A stretch of 64,000 nt of DNA from NCBI GenBank assembly GCA_965230975.1, contig OZ246402.1, positions 509,009 through 573,008 of the forward strand. Reading direction: 5' to 3'. This DNA comes from an uncultured Candidatus Saccharibacteria bacterium (lineage in GTDB: Bacteria; Patescibacteriota; Dojkabacteria; J137). Below, piece by piece: positions 20,501 to 29,603 of this stretch (positions within the stretch are counted from its first letter, which is position 1; each line of letters opens with the position of its first letter). The translations under genes were made by a program, and so were the position numbers. The notes beneath the pieces were generated by a model. That model had not been told where the DNA came from. It worked only from the letters and a program-made list of their open reading frames with translations, and made no database searches.

Positions 20501-21158
20501 AGCCTTTGCCGATGCAGATGTAAAACCAAGTGCAAAAAAAACAGAATTTCAAGATTGCCTAGAGGCAAGTGATACAGAAAAAATGAAGTGGGAAAAGGAG
20601 CTACTTGGTTTATTTATCTCTACTCATCCTTTACAAAATTTTGAATGGTTAAAGTTATTTAAAGAGTATGAAACGTTAAATCATGTAGATGCGATAAGGC
20701 CTGGATTCCCTGTAAAGTTTGTTGCTACAATTATTTCTAATAAGATTGTTTATACAAAAAAAGATAACAATAAAATGGCAATTTTGACTTTAGAAGATTT
20801 AACAGGTAAGTCAGATGCTGTTTTGTTCCCTAAAAGTTACGAAAAGCTAAATCACTTTATTTTAGATACTTCACCATTAATTATTAGAGGTTTGGTTAAT
20901 GAGAGGGAAGATAGAAGATCGATAATTATTAATGAAATTGAGCATGCAAAAACTTTAAACGCTCCTTCAAAGATTACAATTGATATAACCGGTGTTTCAG
21001 ACCAGGCAGAGCTTGCCTCTTTAAAGGAGTGCTTTTTTGAAGATGGTAATGTAGAAGTTACGATTCTTTATGGAGATAAATCGAAACCAAAAAAACTCGT
21101 AAGAAAAACTACCCTAAATCAAAGCACTATCGATTGCTTAAGAAAGTGGGTAAAGTAA
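17583..21158 (+). CDS. dnaE: DNA polymerase III alpha subunit
   Basis: 1191 aa. N-terminal PHP domain (HLHVHTEYSMLDG, MTDHG). Polymerase core and C-terminal OB region. Confidence 0.95.
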   Translation: MPFTHLHVHTEYSMLDGVNRIPKLFERTKELGMESIAMTDHGMMTGLAEFWKLSKDFGVKPIIGCEIYVSPTNRTIREAVEGIKYYHLLLLAKDLEGYRNLIKIVSIGHLEGMYYKPRVDRETLAKYSKGLICTSACMAGPLSRHILRKQYDKAEEWLQFLKATYGQDFYLELQRHGFDGSDELTKDELSRLDSDVTEDGGEESIDASSDQKIINQKLREYSKKYNVPLVCTTDAHYLLKEDREVQTILFAVKDGRQIADDACRKGYVGTYITSPQEMDIKFSDCKEAIENTMVIADKIEPFSIAHDRVQPKYWNLPKDKTAEEELRIQTFAGAVKKYAGSDLRTGKKEKVEQSIIDKLQKEVLSGDLKNAKEFLGKDLVERLDYELKVIHDKGYDDYFLVVSDLMKWSASQGILMGVRGSVAGSAAAHCLEIVEVEPIKWELYFERFLNPERPSPPDIDMDIQDSRRDEVIKYAEEKYGKESVAAITAVGRFKTKAAIRDVARVMGIDLKIADRLSKMVKVHFGKVYPIDKMIKEDPEFASIIDGDPQLQELATHVRKIENMSRHSSVHACGHLITPGPITNYVPLQLETKGAGRQVTQLEGPWLEELGLMKFDFLGLRTLTIIQKAIEIINKKHNADIDFYTIPNDDKKTFELFSRGETIGVFQFESPPMQQYLKELKPETQEDICFLAAAYRPGAMAYISDYIKRKHGEQETQFLVPEMEAIVGKTYGFAIYQEQIIMIAVNIAGYSMGGADLLRRAMGKKKIEVMQKEEVKFKDGIKAKGFSEEVGKKLWEYLLPFADYGFNKAHAAGYAVLAYKCAYLKAHYPLEFMTALMHSDLEDLERVTIDIQESKRMGYDVLAPNVNKSDIYFSTEGNNGIRFGLGAIKNVGVKVCEKIVEEREANGPFKHMDDLVFRVGTTNINKRSLESLIKSGAMDEFGDRNAMLQIMPEVLAKANVKKKVKDEAQEDLFGAFADADVKPSAKKTEFQDCLEASDTEKMKWEKELLGLFISTHPLQNFEWLKLFKEYETLNHVDAIRPGFPVKFVATIISNKIVYTKKDNNKMAILTLEDLTGKSDAVLFPKSYEKLNHFILDTSPLIIRGLVNEREDRRSIIINEIEHAKTLNAPSKITIDITGVSDQAELASLKECFFEDGNVEVTILYGDKSKPKKLVRKTTLNQSTIDCLRKWVK

Positions 21159-21244
21159 CCTATAATATACTTTCACAATTTCTACTAGTGCCAAATAAGT
21201 TAGTAAGTATATAATGGCGGGAATTATCTATTTAAGTAAATTAA

Positions 21245-22651
21245 ATGCCATCAGATTTGAATATTGGGAGTAGTGAACGAAATGAGTTATTTCAAAAAAG
21301 AAGTACGAATTATATAGGGCCGGACGAATCGCTTCTGGAAGATCCAATCTACTCAGTGGCAAAGCCGCTTACTATGGATGAGATTCTCACTACGGGTAGA
21401 TATTCTACATTATATGCAGAATATCAAGGGGAATTTACTGAGCAAGAGGTTTTAAATGCTATTCAAACTATCGTTAATCACTGCCCAGATTTAGCAAGAA
21501 TATTAAATTATGGCAACGATGAACTTTTATATTTTGCCCCAAATTTTGATAAATCAAAAGGTGTAAAAGTAGTATGCATAGATGATTCTTCAGTTGATGC
21601 AAAAGCGTTATTTGAAAATGAATACAATAGATACGAAGGAAATGTTGACACTAGTCTGCTAAAAATCTTCTATGTTAAAGGTAATCCAAGCAAATTTATG
21701 TTTTTTGCAGATCACTTTTTATTAGATGGAGTTGGTCACGATGTTTTATTAAGTGTCTTATTACATTTACTAGAATATCCGAATGATTTAAGTGTTTTAG
21801 ACAACTTGCCAAGATCTGTAATGCACCCAAGTAATGAACTTTATAAACCGGGAAAAACTCCAGCTGTTGCTAAATTTATTGCAGATAGAATAATGCAAAT
21901 GAATAATCCTGAAAGTATGGATTTGTATCGAGAACTTTCAAATTTAAGCTACAAGTTATTTGAAGTATATTTATCACCAGAAGAAGTTACTGCAATAAAA
22001 CTTAAATGCAAAATAGAAGGCGTTTCGTTTAATGACTTCTTTGTTGCTGCAGTATTGAAAACATATAGCAATGTTGGTTTATTAAATCCCGGATACCAAA
22101 TGGTAGGGCAGGTAGTTGATTCAAGAAGCTCATTAGGTATTCATAAAAATGCACTAGGGGATAATAAAGACTTGGATATTAGGATTTTGCTTTCAGATAT
22201 TTCCAAGAAAGATGTTTGGACTTTAGCAAAAAATCTTAGGAATACATTTTTAAACTCTAAGAATTTTGGAATTTCAATCACAAGACAGCTAGCCAAAGTT
22301 GCTTACCCGGGCTTCAAAACGGAGAGTGTACAAGCAGTAAATGTAACAGGAGCAATGGCTATGACAATGGTATCCAATCTTGGAGTAGTTGGTAGAAGGT
22401 TTTCAGATTCAGAAAGTATGCAAGAAATAAGTCAAAAGCTTGGTCAAACTTTCTTTGCTGTTCAGCATACTCCAATTGCACCATTGCCAATTATTGGTAC
22501 TGCAGGTAGCATTCGCGGGGGTACAACAATTACCACTGCAGTCCAAGATGACTTTGAGGGAGATATACTAAGTGCTAATGACATAGAAGAGTTTTGTAAT
22601 GAAATAAAAAGACTATTTACCGAATCTATGAAGGAAAATTTTGAGGCATAA
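21245..22651 (+). CDS. condensation-domain-like CoA-dependent acyltransferase (HxxxDG superfamily)
   Basis: 468 aa, the size of an NRPS C domain or WS/DGAT. FADHFLLDGVGH at residues ~155-164 matches the HHxxxDG catalytic motif. Confidence 0.5.
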   Translation: MPSDLNIGSSERNELFQKRSTNYIGPDESLLEDPIYSVAKPLTMDEILTTGRYSTLYAEYQGEFTEQEVLNAIQTIVNHCPDLARILNYGNDELLYFAPNFDKSKGVKVVCIDDSSVDAKALFENEYNRYEGNVDTSLLKIFYVKGNPSKFMFFADHFLLDGVGHDVLLSVLLHLLEYPNDLSVLDNLPRSVMHPSNELYKPGKTPAVAKFIADRIMQMNNPESMDLYRELSNLSYKLFEVYLSPEEVTAIKLKCKIEGVSFNDFFVAAVLKTYSNVGLLNPGYQMVGQVVDSRSSLGIHKNALGDNKDLDIRILLSDISKKDVWTLAKNLRNTFLNSKNFGISITRQLAKVAYPGFKTESVQAVNVTGAMAMTMVSNLGVVGRRFSDSESMQEISQKLGQTFFAVQHTPIAPLPIIGTAGSIRGGTTITTAVQDDFEGDILSANDIEEFCNEIKRLFTESMKENFEA

Positions 22652-22719
22652 TATCTATCGATTGTCTATGAAAGTGGGTAAAATAGAATAGATATATATC
22701 GACGTGATATAATCTATGT

Positions 22720-23940
22720 ATGAAAAAGATATTACTGCCGACAAATTTTACTACTCCACGAGCTGTAGATGCATTAAGTAACAGTGTTCAATATAATTTT
22801 AATGCAATAGTTATAGCACTTGCCGATAAATACAGCATCCCAATGGCATTAATAAACTCTCCAGAAGATATCAAATCAGATACTTATGGTATAGGGACTG
22901 CTCCTAGTCGTTATTTTGATACACTAAATCAAATTACAAACGAAGTTGGGATAAATAAACCAAGAAGACTTAAATTAAATGAACTTAAAAGCGAGATTGC
23001 TAAGAATGGTACACTTATATGTAAAAATCCTTATCAACATAGAGGTGAAGGTGTTTATTTAGTAGAGTCTGTCGATGAACTATTAAAGTTGCTTGCTTGG
23101 AAATTAAACACACATAGATTAGCTGGCCAAAAAAGTTACGGTACTGATGATAACCTACCACAAGTTACTTCAATCAGAAATGCAAAAATAGTTTTAGATG
23201 AACTAATTAAAGAAGTAAACGGTATTCTTGATACTGGATCAGCTAATAGTGAGTACGCACAGCATATTATCGATTCTTTAGTATTTGAAGAATATATTCC
23301 AAGTGGAATTACTACACGCATATTGGTTGATGCCTTTGGCGAAATTCAATATGTTCTAATGTTAAAAAATATACCTCATGAAATAGACCATACAATTAAA
23401 TACCCCCAAATAGACCCAGAAACTGATCCGTGGTGGGGATATTTAGGAACTTGGGATTATCCTTTTCATTTACCCATAGACATTCCTAGGCTTCATCCTC
23501 TGAGCCCTGTTAAGTGTTGCACAAAAATCATAACTTCTAATAAGGCTAGTGGGGGTATGTCTATTCCTATTTATTCTCTAGTCGATCATATTGATATCTC
23601 ATATGAACAACAGGCAGTTGTGTCCCAAACAAATTTAATGGTAAATAGTATTCAAGGCTTACCCATAAGCCAGTTAAAACAGATAGCATTATTATGTTCA
23701 AAATATGCCCTTTTTTCAGGGATAGATTTAATATTCGACAATGGCGAATGGAAATTTTTGGAAGTGAATCTAATGCCAAGTATTACTTCGGATTTATTGG
23801 TACCACCAGACTTTACAATAGAAGATTTAGATTTAGAATTAGATGATTCTTTGCTTCAACTAGTAAAATCTAGTCCTCCACATCTAGCCACATTATATTT
23901 ATATGACATAGTATTTAAGAAAATATCTACAGAATGCTGA
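22720..23940 (+). CDS. ATP-grasp fold ligase-like protein
   Basis: LICKNPYQHRGEGVYLVESVDELLKLL (KP..G.G..V-type ATP-binding strand). Near the C-terminus, DLIFDNGEWKFLEVNLMPS carries the E-x-N Mg-ligand motif of ATP-grasp enzymes. Confidence 0.5.
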   Translation: MKKILLPTNFTTPRAVDALSNSVQYNFNAIVIALADKYSIPMALINSPEDIKSDTYGIGTAPSRYFDTLNQITNEVGINKPRRLKLNELKSEIAKNGTLICKNPYQHRGEGVYLVESVDELLKLLAWKLNTHRLAGQKSYGTDDNLPQVTSIRNAKIVLDELIKEVNGILDTGSANSEYAQHIIDSLVFEEYIPSGITTRILVDAFGEIQYVLMLKNIPHEIDHTIKYPQIDPETDPWWGYLGTWDYPFHLPIDIPRLHPLSPVKCCTKIITSNKASGGMSIPIYSLVDHIDISYEQQAVVSQTNLMVNSIQGLPISQLKQIALLCSKYALFSGIDLIFDNGEWKFLEVNLMPSITSDLLVPPDFTIEDLDLELDDSLLQLVKSSPPHLATLYLYDIVFKKISTEC

Positions 23941-24096
23941 GAAATCCTATTAGTAGAATATATACATATAATTGAACAATATTTTAATTTCTGATATCAT
24001 CACTCTCAATGAGAAACACAAAAACACAATCACAATTCTTTATGATGATGTTTACCCTCGAATATTGGGGTTAATTCTCAGATCTATAAATCTCAG

Positions 24097-24123
24097 AACC
24101 CCCGATATATCGGGGGTTTTTTA
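24097..24123 (+). terminator. rho-independent terminator
   Basis: CCCCCGATATATCGGGGG hairpin followed by TTTTTT. Confidence 0.7.
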
Positions 24124-24181
24124 TTTATGCGCTATAAATTAAATTTTAATGTAAAATCAAATATCTATTAATTTAAAAACA

Positions 24182-25630
24182 ATGAACAACAATTTTTATA
24201 TAACAACACCAATCTTTTACCCAACAGGTACACCGCACATTGGTACTGCCTACGACGTCTTTATTGCAGATACATTAGCAAGATATTACAGACAAAAGTG
24301 GGGAGAAGAAAATGTATTCTTTTTAACAGGAACAGATGAGCATGGTGCAAACATTGCCAAAAAGGCAACAGAAGAAGGCATTACACCCCAAGAATATGTA
24401 GATAGGTTTGCAAAAATCTACCAAGATTCATGGAGAGCTTTGAACATTTCAAATAATGACTTTATAAGAACCACAAACAAAGAACACGAAAAGTTTATTC
24501 AAGAACTTATTCAAAAGTCTTACGATAATGGAGACCTTTACGAAGGTGAATACTCGGGCTGGTATTGTGAATCTTGCGAAGCTTACTACACAGAAGATGA
24601 CTTAGTAGAAGGAAAATGTCCTAACCACCCAACAAAAACTCCTGTATTTACAACAGAAAAAAACTACTACTTTAAACTTTCAAAATATCAAGATTGGCTT
24701 TTAAAGTATTTAGAAGAAAACAAAGATTTTGTAAGACCTCAAAAGTGGTATGACTATGTTATAGGTCTTGTAAAAGCAGGACTTAAAGATATTCCTGTAA
24801 CGAGAGCAAATGTAAAATGGGGTGTTCCAGTTCCATGGAACCCAGAACAAACAATTTATGTTTGGTACGACGCTTTACCAAACTATCTTTCTGTTTTGCA
24901 CCAAGAAGAATATGCAAAACAAGATTACTATAATAAATTTTGGCAATCTGCTCACCATTTAGTAGGTAAAGATATTTTAAAGTTCCATGCAATTTTATGG
25001 CCTGCAATGCTTAAATCTGCAGGTTACCCATTGCCACAGCAAGTTATTGTGCATGGTTTCTTTACTGTAGATGGTCAAAAGATTGGGAAGAGTAATAATA
25101 ATGCGATTGACCCAAGCGAATTGGCTCAAAAATACACAATTGATGGTGTTAGATATGCATTGCTTTCCGAATTTCAATTAGGAAATGATGGTGACTTTAA
25201 CTTCAATAGGCTTGAAATTAAATACAATTCAGATTTAGCTAACAACTTTGGTAATTTGTTAAATAGAGTAATCCACTTGGCAAATAAAAAAGGTTTAAAG
25301 TTTCTTGATTTACCAATAGAAGATGAATTCTTTAAACAGGTGGATAAGTATGTTGTAGATTACCATAAGCACTTTGAGAACTTGGAGATTTTTGAAGCGA
25401 TTCAAACAACTACAGAGCTTTGTAGTTGGGCAAATCAATATGTGAACGATACTAAACCTTGGGAGGAATCTGCAGATGCAGCAAAGATTTTGGGTAACTT
25501 ATATTACTTGCTAAAGGTAGCGGTAATATTCTTTACACCAATAATCCCTGAAAGTGCAGAGAAGGCGCACAATGCTTTATTTAAGCAGGAAACGATTATT
25601 CTTTTTCCTAAAATCGAGCAGAAAAAATAA
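24182..25630 (+). CDS. metG: methionyl-tRNA synthetase (short form, no C-terminal tRNA-binding domain)
   Basis: HIGH motif PTGTPHIGTAY. Zn knuckle CESCEAYY...CPNH. KMSKS-like KIGKS. 482 aa. Confidence 0.9.
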   Translation: MNNNFYITTPIFYPTGTPHIGTAYDVFIADTLARYYRQKWGEENVFFLTGTDEHGANIAKKATEEGITPQEYVDRFAKIYQDSWRALNISNNDFIRTTNKEHEKFIQELIQKSYDNGDLYEGEYSGWYCESCEAYYTEDDLVEGKCPNHPTKTPVFTTEKNYYFKLSKYQDWLLKYLEENKDFVRPQKWYDYVIGLVKAGLKDIPVTRANVKWGVPVPWNPEQTIYVWYDALPNYLSVLHQEEYAKQDYYNKFWQSAHHLVGKDILKFHAILWPAMLKSAGYPLPQQVIVHGFFTVDGQKIGKSNNNAIDPSELAQKYTIDGVRYALLSEFQLGNDGDFNFNRLEIKYNSDLANNFGNLLNRVIHLANKKGLKFLDLPIEDEFFKQVDKYVVDYHKHFENLEIFEAIQTTTELCSWANQYVNDTKPWEESADAAKILGNLYYLLKVAVIFFTPIIPESAEKAHNALFKQETIILFPKIEQKK

Positions 25631-25678
25631 TTAGCTCAGAACTTGGCAGGTGAGAATCAAACTAGAAATTTTAAGCTA

Positions 25679-26002
25679 TTAATCATTATAGTCCAAAGTA
25701 TTTGCATACTCATTCAAAAGCCTGCCAAGTTCTTTCTTTTGAACATCAATAGCATTTTTTTCTGCTTGGTAAGATTCCCTGTCTTTTTGCTTTTGTTCTA
25801 AATAAGTTTGATTATTCTTTTCTTTATCTATAATTGGATTCTTAACCCGCCTTAAATCCTCGTAAATTAAATATCGAACATAATTTTGGAAAGATAAACC
25901 CATATCCTCGGCTAAATCTGATGCAACTTGAAACATATTGCTAGATAGACGAATGCTTTTTTGAACTGACTTATTCATGCTAATATCACTAACTAAGATC
26001 AC
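25679..26002 (-). CDS. ribbon-helix-helix (CopG/Arc-like) DNA-binding protein
   Basis: N-terminal KSIRLSSNMFQVASDLAEDMGLSFQNYVRYLIYEDL fits the beta-strand/helix/helix RHH pattern. 107 aa. Confidence 0.45.
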   Translation of the reverse strand: MILVSDISMNKSVQKSIRLSSNMFQVASDLAEDMGLSFQNYVRYLIYEDLRRVKNPIIDKEKNNQTYLEQKQKDRESYQAEKNAIDVQKKELGRLLNEYANTLDYND

Positions 26003-26045
26003 TAAATAGTTAAATAAAAGTATTCAAATTTCATACTTTTATAAG

Positions 26046-26117
26046 TGGTACCAAGCTGTTAAGTTTTTTATTATTTTTGGTACCATTTGCTAACAAATTG
26101 GTACCACCGAGGTACCC
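26046..26117. promoter_or_regulatory. array of TGGTACCA palindromes (putative operator of the RHH gene)
   Basis: Perfect 8-bp palindromes TGGTACCA at 26046-53, 26078-85 and 26099-106, plus degenerate AGGTACCC at 26110-17. Centre spacings are 32, 21 and 11 bp (helically phased). They lie 44-115 bp upstream of the RHH start. Confidence 0.5.
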
Positions 26118-26325
26118 TATTAAAATGGACTACTTTATTTATTCTCCTGTACCAGCTCATATCAAAATTTTAAACAATAATTCTTACAAAAACCTTGCAT
26201 TATAAAATATTTATTAAAGCAACTGCTATTTAAGTATTGAGATATTTTTCAGGATAAATTTAGGTTTATAGAAAATGCAGTTAGCTTGTCCTAAGTGTAT
26301 GCATAGGTTTATAAATAAACTTAAG

Positions 26326-28020
26326 CTATTTATTCCCAAATGAATTTAGAAGAGTGTTCGCGTGTTCTGAGTTTTTTAAATAATCTCTTAGTGTTATAAA
26401 TTTAACAGGTCCTTGATCTAAATCATTTCTATACTTTTTAATCTCCCTGAACAATTCTCTAAGTTTTGGATCATCAATATTAAACCAGTCAGGGTGAGAT
26501 AAAAATACTACTAGCTTATCTGTTGATAAAAACTCTCCGTGGTTGTAGTTTGCATTGAAATTAGCAATCATCTCTTGAGCGCTACTCCAGTAAGAATCTG
26601 CTCCATTATTTGGGATCTCTAACAAATTCATGTTATTAGAATTACTGGTGTTTTGATCTACTTTAGAGGGAATATATGGCTGACTTGTATTTAATAAGTC
26701 CCAGGCTTGAGTAAACTTGTTTTTACCTATTTCAAAAGAGACCCTTCCAGAAGAATCGTAAATTAAACCGTTATCTTGAATAGCTTTTAATGTATCTATA
26801 TTGGCAAACCAACCTCCTGCTCTATACCCTTGAATTTTGGGAATGTCATAGTTACTAAATTTTTTGAATTTGTCTTCTAAGGTAGTTATTCCCCAGTCTA
26901 TAATTTTTTTTACCTCATCGTAAGAGTAGGCGGTTGTTGGGGTATCGTATCCACTTACTCCACTATCCCAAGATGGTTCATTATATTTTGCTTTTACACC
27001 TGCTTCTTCTACCAAGTCATGTTGCATATGCATATGTAGGCTCAAATCATCGCCAGCTTTTATTCTATTTACTACCCAATCGGTAACCTCTTTTCTTCTT
27101 TGATCTGTGGTCCTTAAATAGATATAAATTCTTGGATTAAAAAAATGAGTCATTGGTACATTGTATTCTGTAGATATAGAAGCCATATCGTTTAAATACT
27201 TTTGATCCGGTGCTGTTCCTTCCCAATCTATTGTCCAAGCTACATATAAAGGCGCAGTGTAATAAAAGCTAAAAGTATTAGATTTGTAAACTTTTGAATC
27301 TTTTATGAAATATACATAAAAAGAGTTTTCTCCAACATTCAATAGGCTTGTGGGTAGTTCAAATTGCCCATTAACCAAACTTTTACTAATTTCTGCTGAT
27401 TTATTATCGTTAATTACAACTTTAATTGTAGTATTTTCTATTTCTAATGCCGTTTGTACTTTTGCAAAAACGCTAGATACATTGTTTTCTTTTAAAATCC
27501 AAGTTTTATCAAGGCTAACATTAACTTGTGTTTTTTCTTCTAAATCTAAAGATGAATTTGTTTTTAAAGTTTCTGTAAAAGTGTTTAAGTTTGATTTTGA
27601 TGCGGTTTTGTTTCCAAAATACAAAAAGTATTTGCTAAACATTTTTTGATTATTAAATTTTATAGTTGTTTTAACGCTATCCGGATTTTTTATGTCAAAG
27701 GGTATTATAGAACTTTCTGTATCACTTTGCCCAATAACATTTAAGTCAAAGCCAGATGGCAATGACTTATTATCTATAACCATTTCTGCGTGGTTGATCT
27801 CTAAAACAATTTGCTGGGCATTTTGGTCAAGGATAATCTCTTTTCTGAAAGGTGATTTTGAATCTGACCAAAATGCCCTGAAAGATGGCATTGTTGGATT
27901 TTCGGGTATTTGTGTATTTGCAAAAAGATTATCTTTAAAAAAGAAAAAGCCAAAAGCAATAATCCCAACTATTAATATAATTAAAAAATTGTTACTCTTC
28001 TTTTTACGTCTTCTTTGCAT
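26326..28020 (-). CDS. secreted/membrane-anchored protein with putative CE4-like polysaccharide deacetylase domain
   Basis: N-terminal TM. The C-terminal half has motifs loosely resembling CE4: WTIDWEG, LHMHMQHD, YRAGGWF, VVFLSHPDW. The assignment is tentative. Confidence 0.4.
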   Translation of the reverse strand: MQRRRKKKSNNFLIILIVGIIAFGFFFFKDNLFANTQIPENPTMPSFRAFWSDSKSPFRKEIILDQNAQQIVLEINHAEMVIDNKSLPSGFDLNVIGQSDTESSIIPFDIKNPDSVKTTIKFNNQKMFSKYFLYFGNKTASKSNLNTFTETLKTNSSLDLEEKTQVNVSLDKTWILKENNVSSVFAKVQTALEIENTTIKVVINDNKSAEISKSLVNGQFELPTSLLNVGENSFYVYFIKDSKVYKSNTFSFYYTAPLYVAWTIDWEGTAPDQKYLNDMASISTEYNVPMTHFFNPRIYIYLRTTDQRRKEVTDWVVNRIKAGDDLSLHMHMQHDLVEEAGVKAKYNEPSWDSGVSGYDTPTTAYSYDEVKKIIDWGITTLEDKFKKFSNYDIPKIQGYRAGGWFANIDTLKAIQDNGLIYDSSGRVSFEIGKNKFTQAWDLLNTSQPYIPSKVDQNTSNSNNMNLLEIPNNGADSYWSSAQEMIANFNANYNHGEFLSTDKLVVFLSHPDWFNIDDPKLRELFREIKKYRNDLDQGPVKFITLRDYLKNSEHANTLLNSFGNK

Positions 28021-28084
28021 AAATATATTCTACATTAATTATGCTAATTTACGAAAGTTTCTTGTGACTGTATAATAAAAATCT

Positions 28085-28636
28085 ATGCAAAAAGAATTGC
28101 CCATAAAATTTTTAGTAATATCTGCATTCGGATTTTCTTTAATGACGGGCATTTTGTTTTCTAGCATGTGGCTTGTGCAAACAGTTTTGTGGACAATCCT
28201 TTCTAGTGTTATTTATTTCTTTTATTTTAAAGATTTAAATTTTAAATATAAGGTAATTTTCTTATATATTTTTGCTTCTTACCTAATTTTAGAGTCGTTT
28301 TTAAAGATGGTAATCTTTTACTCTGGTAATGGAAGCATTTGGTTTAATACATTAGAACACTTTATGTGGAGTTTTTATTTTAGTGCTTTAATTTACTTTC
28401 CTCTTTTCAAAGCTTTAAAAGGGAAAAAACTACTTTTTTGTGCATTAATATTACTATCTATAGTAAATTTAATTGGGGTTTTAAATGAATTGGTTGAGTT
28501 TGTAATAAGATCTATTAATGGTTTAGAGGATTTGCCATATTATCAAGATTCTATAAGAGATTTGTTTTTAAATATAGTTGGCTCTTTTGCATTTTCGGTT
28601 ATAATAATTTATAAGAAAATAAAAAAAGATGTTTAA
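28085..28636 (+). CDS. hypothetical polytopic membrane protein
   Basis: 183 aa with about 5 hydrophobic helices. Confidence 0.5.
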   Translation: MQKELPIKFLVISAFGFSLMTGILFSSMWLVQTVLWTILSSVIYFFYFKDLNFKYKVIFLYIFASYLILESFLKMVIFYSGNGSIWFNTLEHFMWSFYFSALIYFPLFKALKGKKLLFCALILLSIVNLIGVLNELVEFVIRSINGLEDLPYYQDSIRDLFLNIVGSFAFSVIIIYKKIKKDV

Positions 28637-28699
28637 TCAACTTTATATAAATGCAAATTGTTGTTGTCCTTACTGTTAAATATAGGAGGACTTTTTTGT

Positions 28700-28729
28700 A
28701 TGTATCGCCTCCTTAACGGAGGTTTTTAA
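28700..28729 (+). CDS. tiny 9-codon uORF (MYRLLNGGF) with strong AGGAGG SD, overlapping a terminator hairpin
   Basis: AGGAGG at 28684-28689 and ATG at 28700. The ORF spans the CCTCC-ttaac-GGAGG hairpin (28708-28722), which is followed by TTTTT. Confidence 0.2.
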   Translation: MYRLLNGGF

Positions 28730-28745
28730 TTTTTAAATAAATATA

Positions 28746-29558
28746 ATGTTTTTAATAATTTTAATTTTTGTATTGCTTATAGTTTATCTTTTGCTAGTAA
28801 AAAGTATTCATGATTTATCTATCCCAACAAAGAGTTTCTTAAGTTTAAAGGTGCCCGGAAAAGAAAAAACAAATGTCTTAGTTATTTATCCACACCCGGA
28901 TGATGAGTTAATGTCTGGTGGGTTAATACAAATGTTAACTAATAGGAATGATTTTAAAGTATTTATGGTTTCTACAACTAAAGGTGAACATGGAGATGAA
29001 ATTTTAAAGTTACCACCAAAAGAGCTTGCACTTGTTCGATCAATTGAATATTCAAAAGTTGCAAAAACTCTAGGGGTAAAGAATTTTGAGTTGTGGAATT
29101 TTACAGATGGTAATATGCCAAGTGAGGAAAATGAATTAAAAAACAAAATTTTAGATTTTATAAGTCAAAATAAGATAGATTTAATAGTGACTTATGAAAA
29201 ATTTGGAATGTATGGTCACCCGGACCACATAGCTTTATCAAAGGTTATAAGCCAAGTTTCTGATTCACTTAAAATAAAAGCAATTTATGCAACTTTCCCT
29301 AAAAAGATTTTAAAGAGAATTAATCTTCCTAAAACTTTAACTTATAAAGATAGGGTAGTAGAGCTAAAGTTAGATTCTATTTCCAAGCCGGAGTTTAAAA
29401 TTAACGTAACATTTAAATCACTTAAGACATATTTAGCAGGTAAGCACTACAAATCCCAATCTAGAGGAAGTACGATTGAACAGTTAATGTTTGCACTTTT
29501 TGGTAATTTTGAATACTACACAACAAAATATGACGAATTGATGTTCAAATCTAAGTAA
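28746..29558 (+). CDS. PIG-L/LmbE family N-acetylglucosaminyl deacetylase
   Basis: VLVIYPHPDDELMSGG matches the HPDDE zinc-binding signature of the family. 270 aa. Confidence 0.75.
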   Translation: MFLIILIFVLLIVYLLLVKSIHDLSIPTKSFLSLKVPGKEKTNVLVIYPHPDDELMSGGLIQMLTNRNDFKVFMVSTTKGEHGDEILKLPPKELALVRSIEYSKVAKTLGVKNFELWNFTDGNMPSEENELKNKILDFISQNKIDLIVTYEKFGMYGHPDHIALSKVISQVSDSLKIKAIYATFPKKILKRINLPKTLTYKDRVVELKLDSISKPEFKINVTFKSLKTYLAGKHYKSQSRGSTIEQLMFALFGNFEYYTTKYDELMFKSK

Positions 29559-29603
29559 TTTGGTATGATTTACTATATGTTTTTAAATTCTTAAATTTAT
29601 AAA

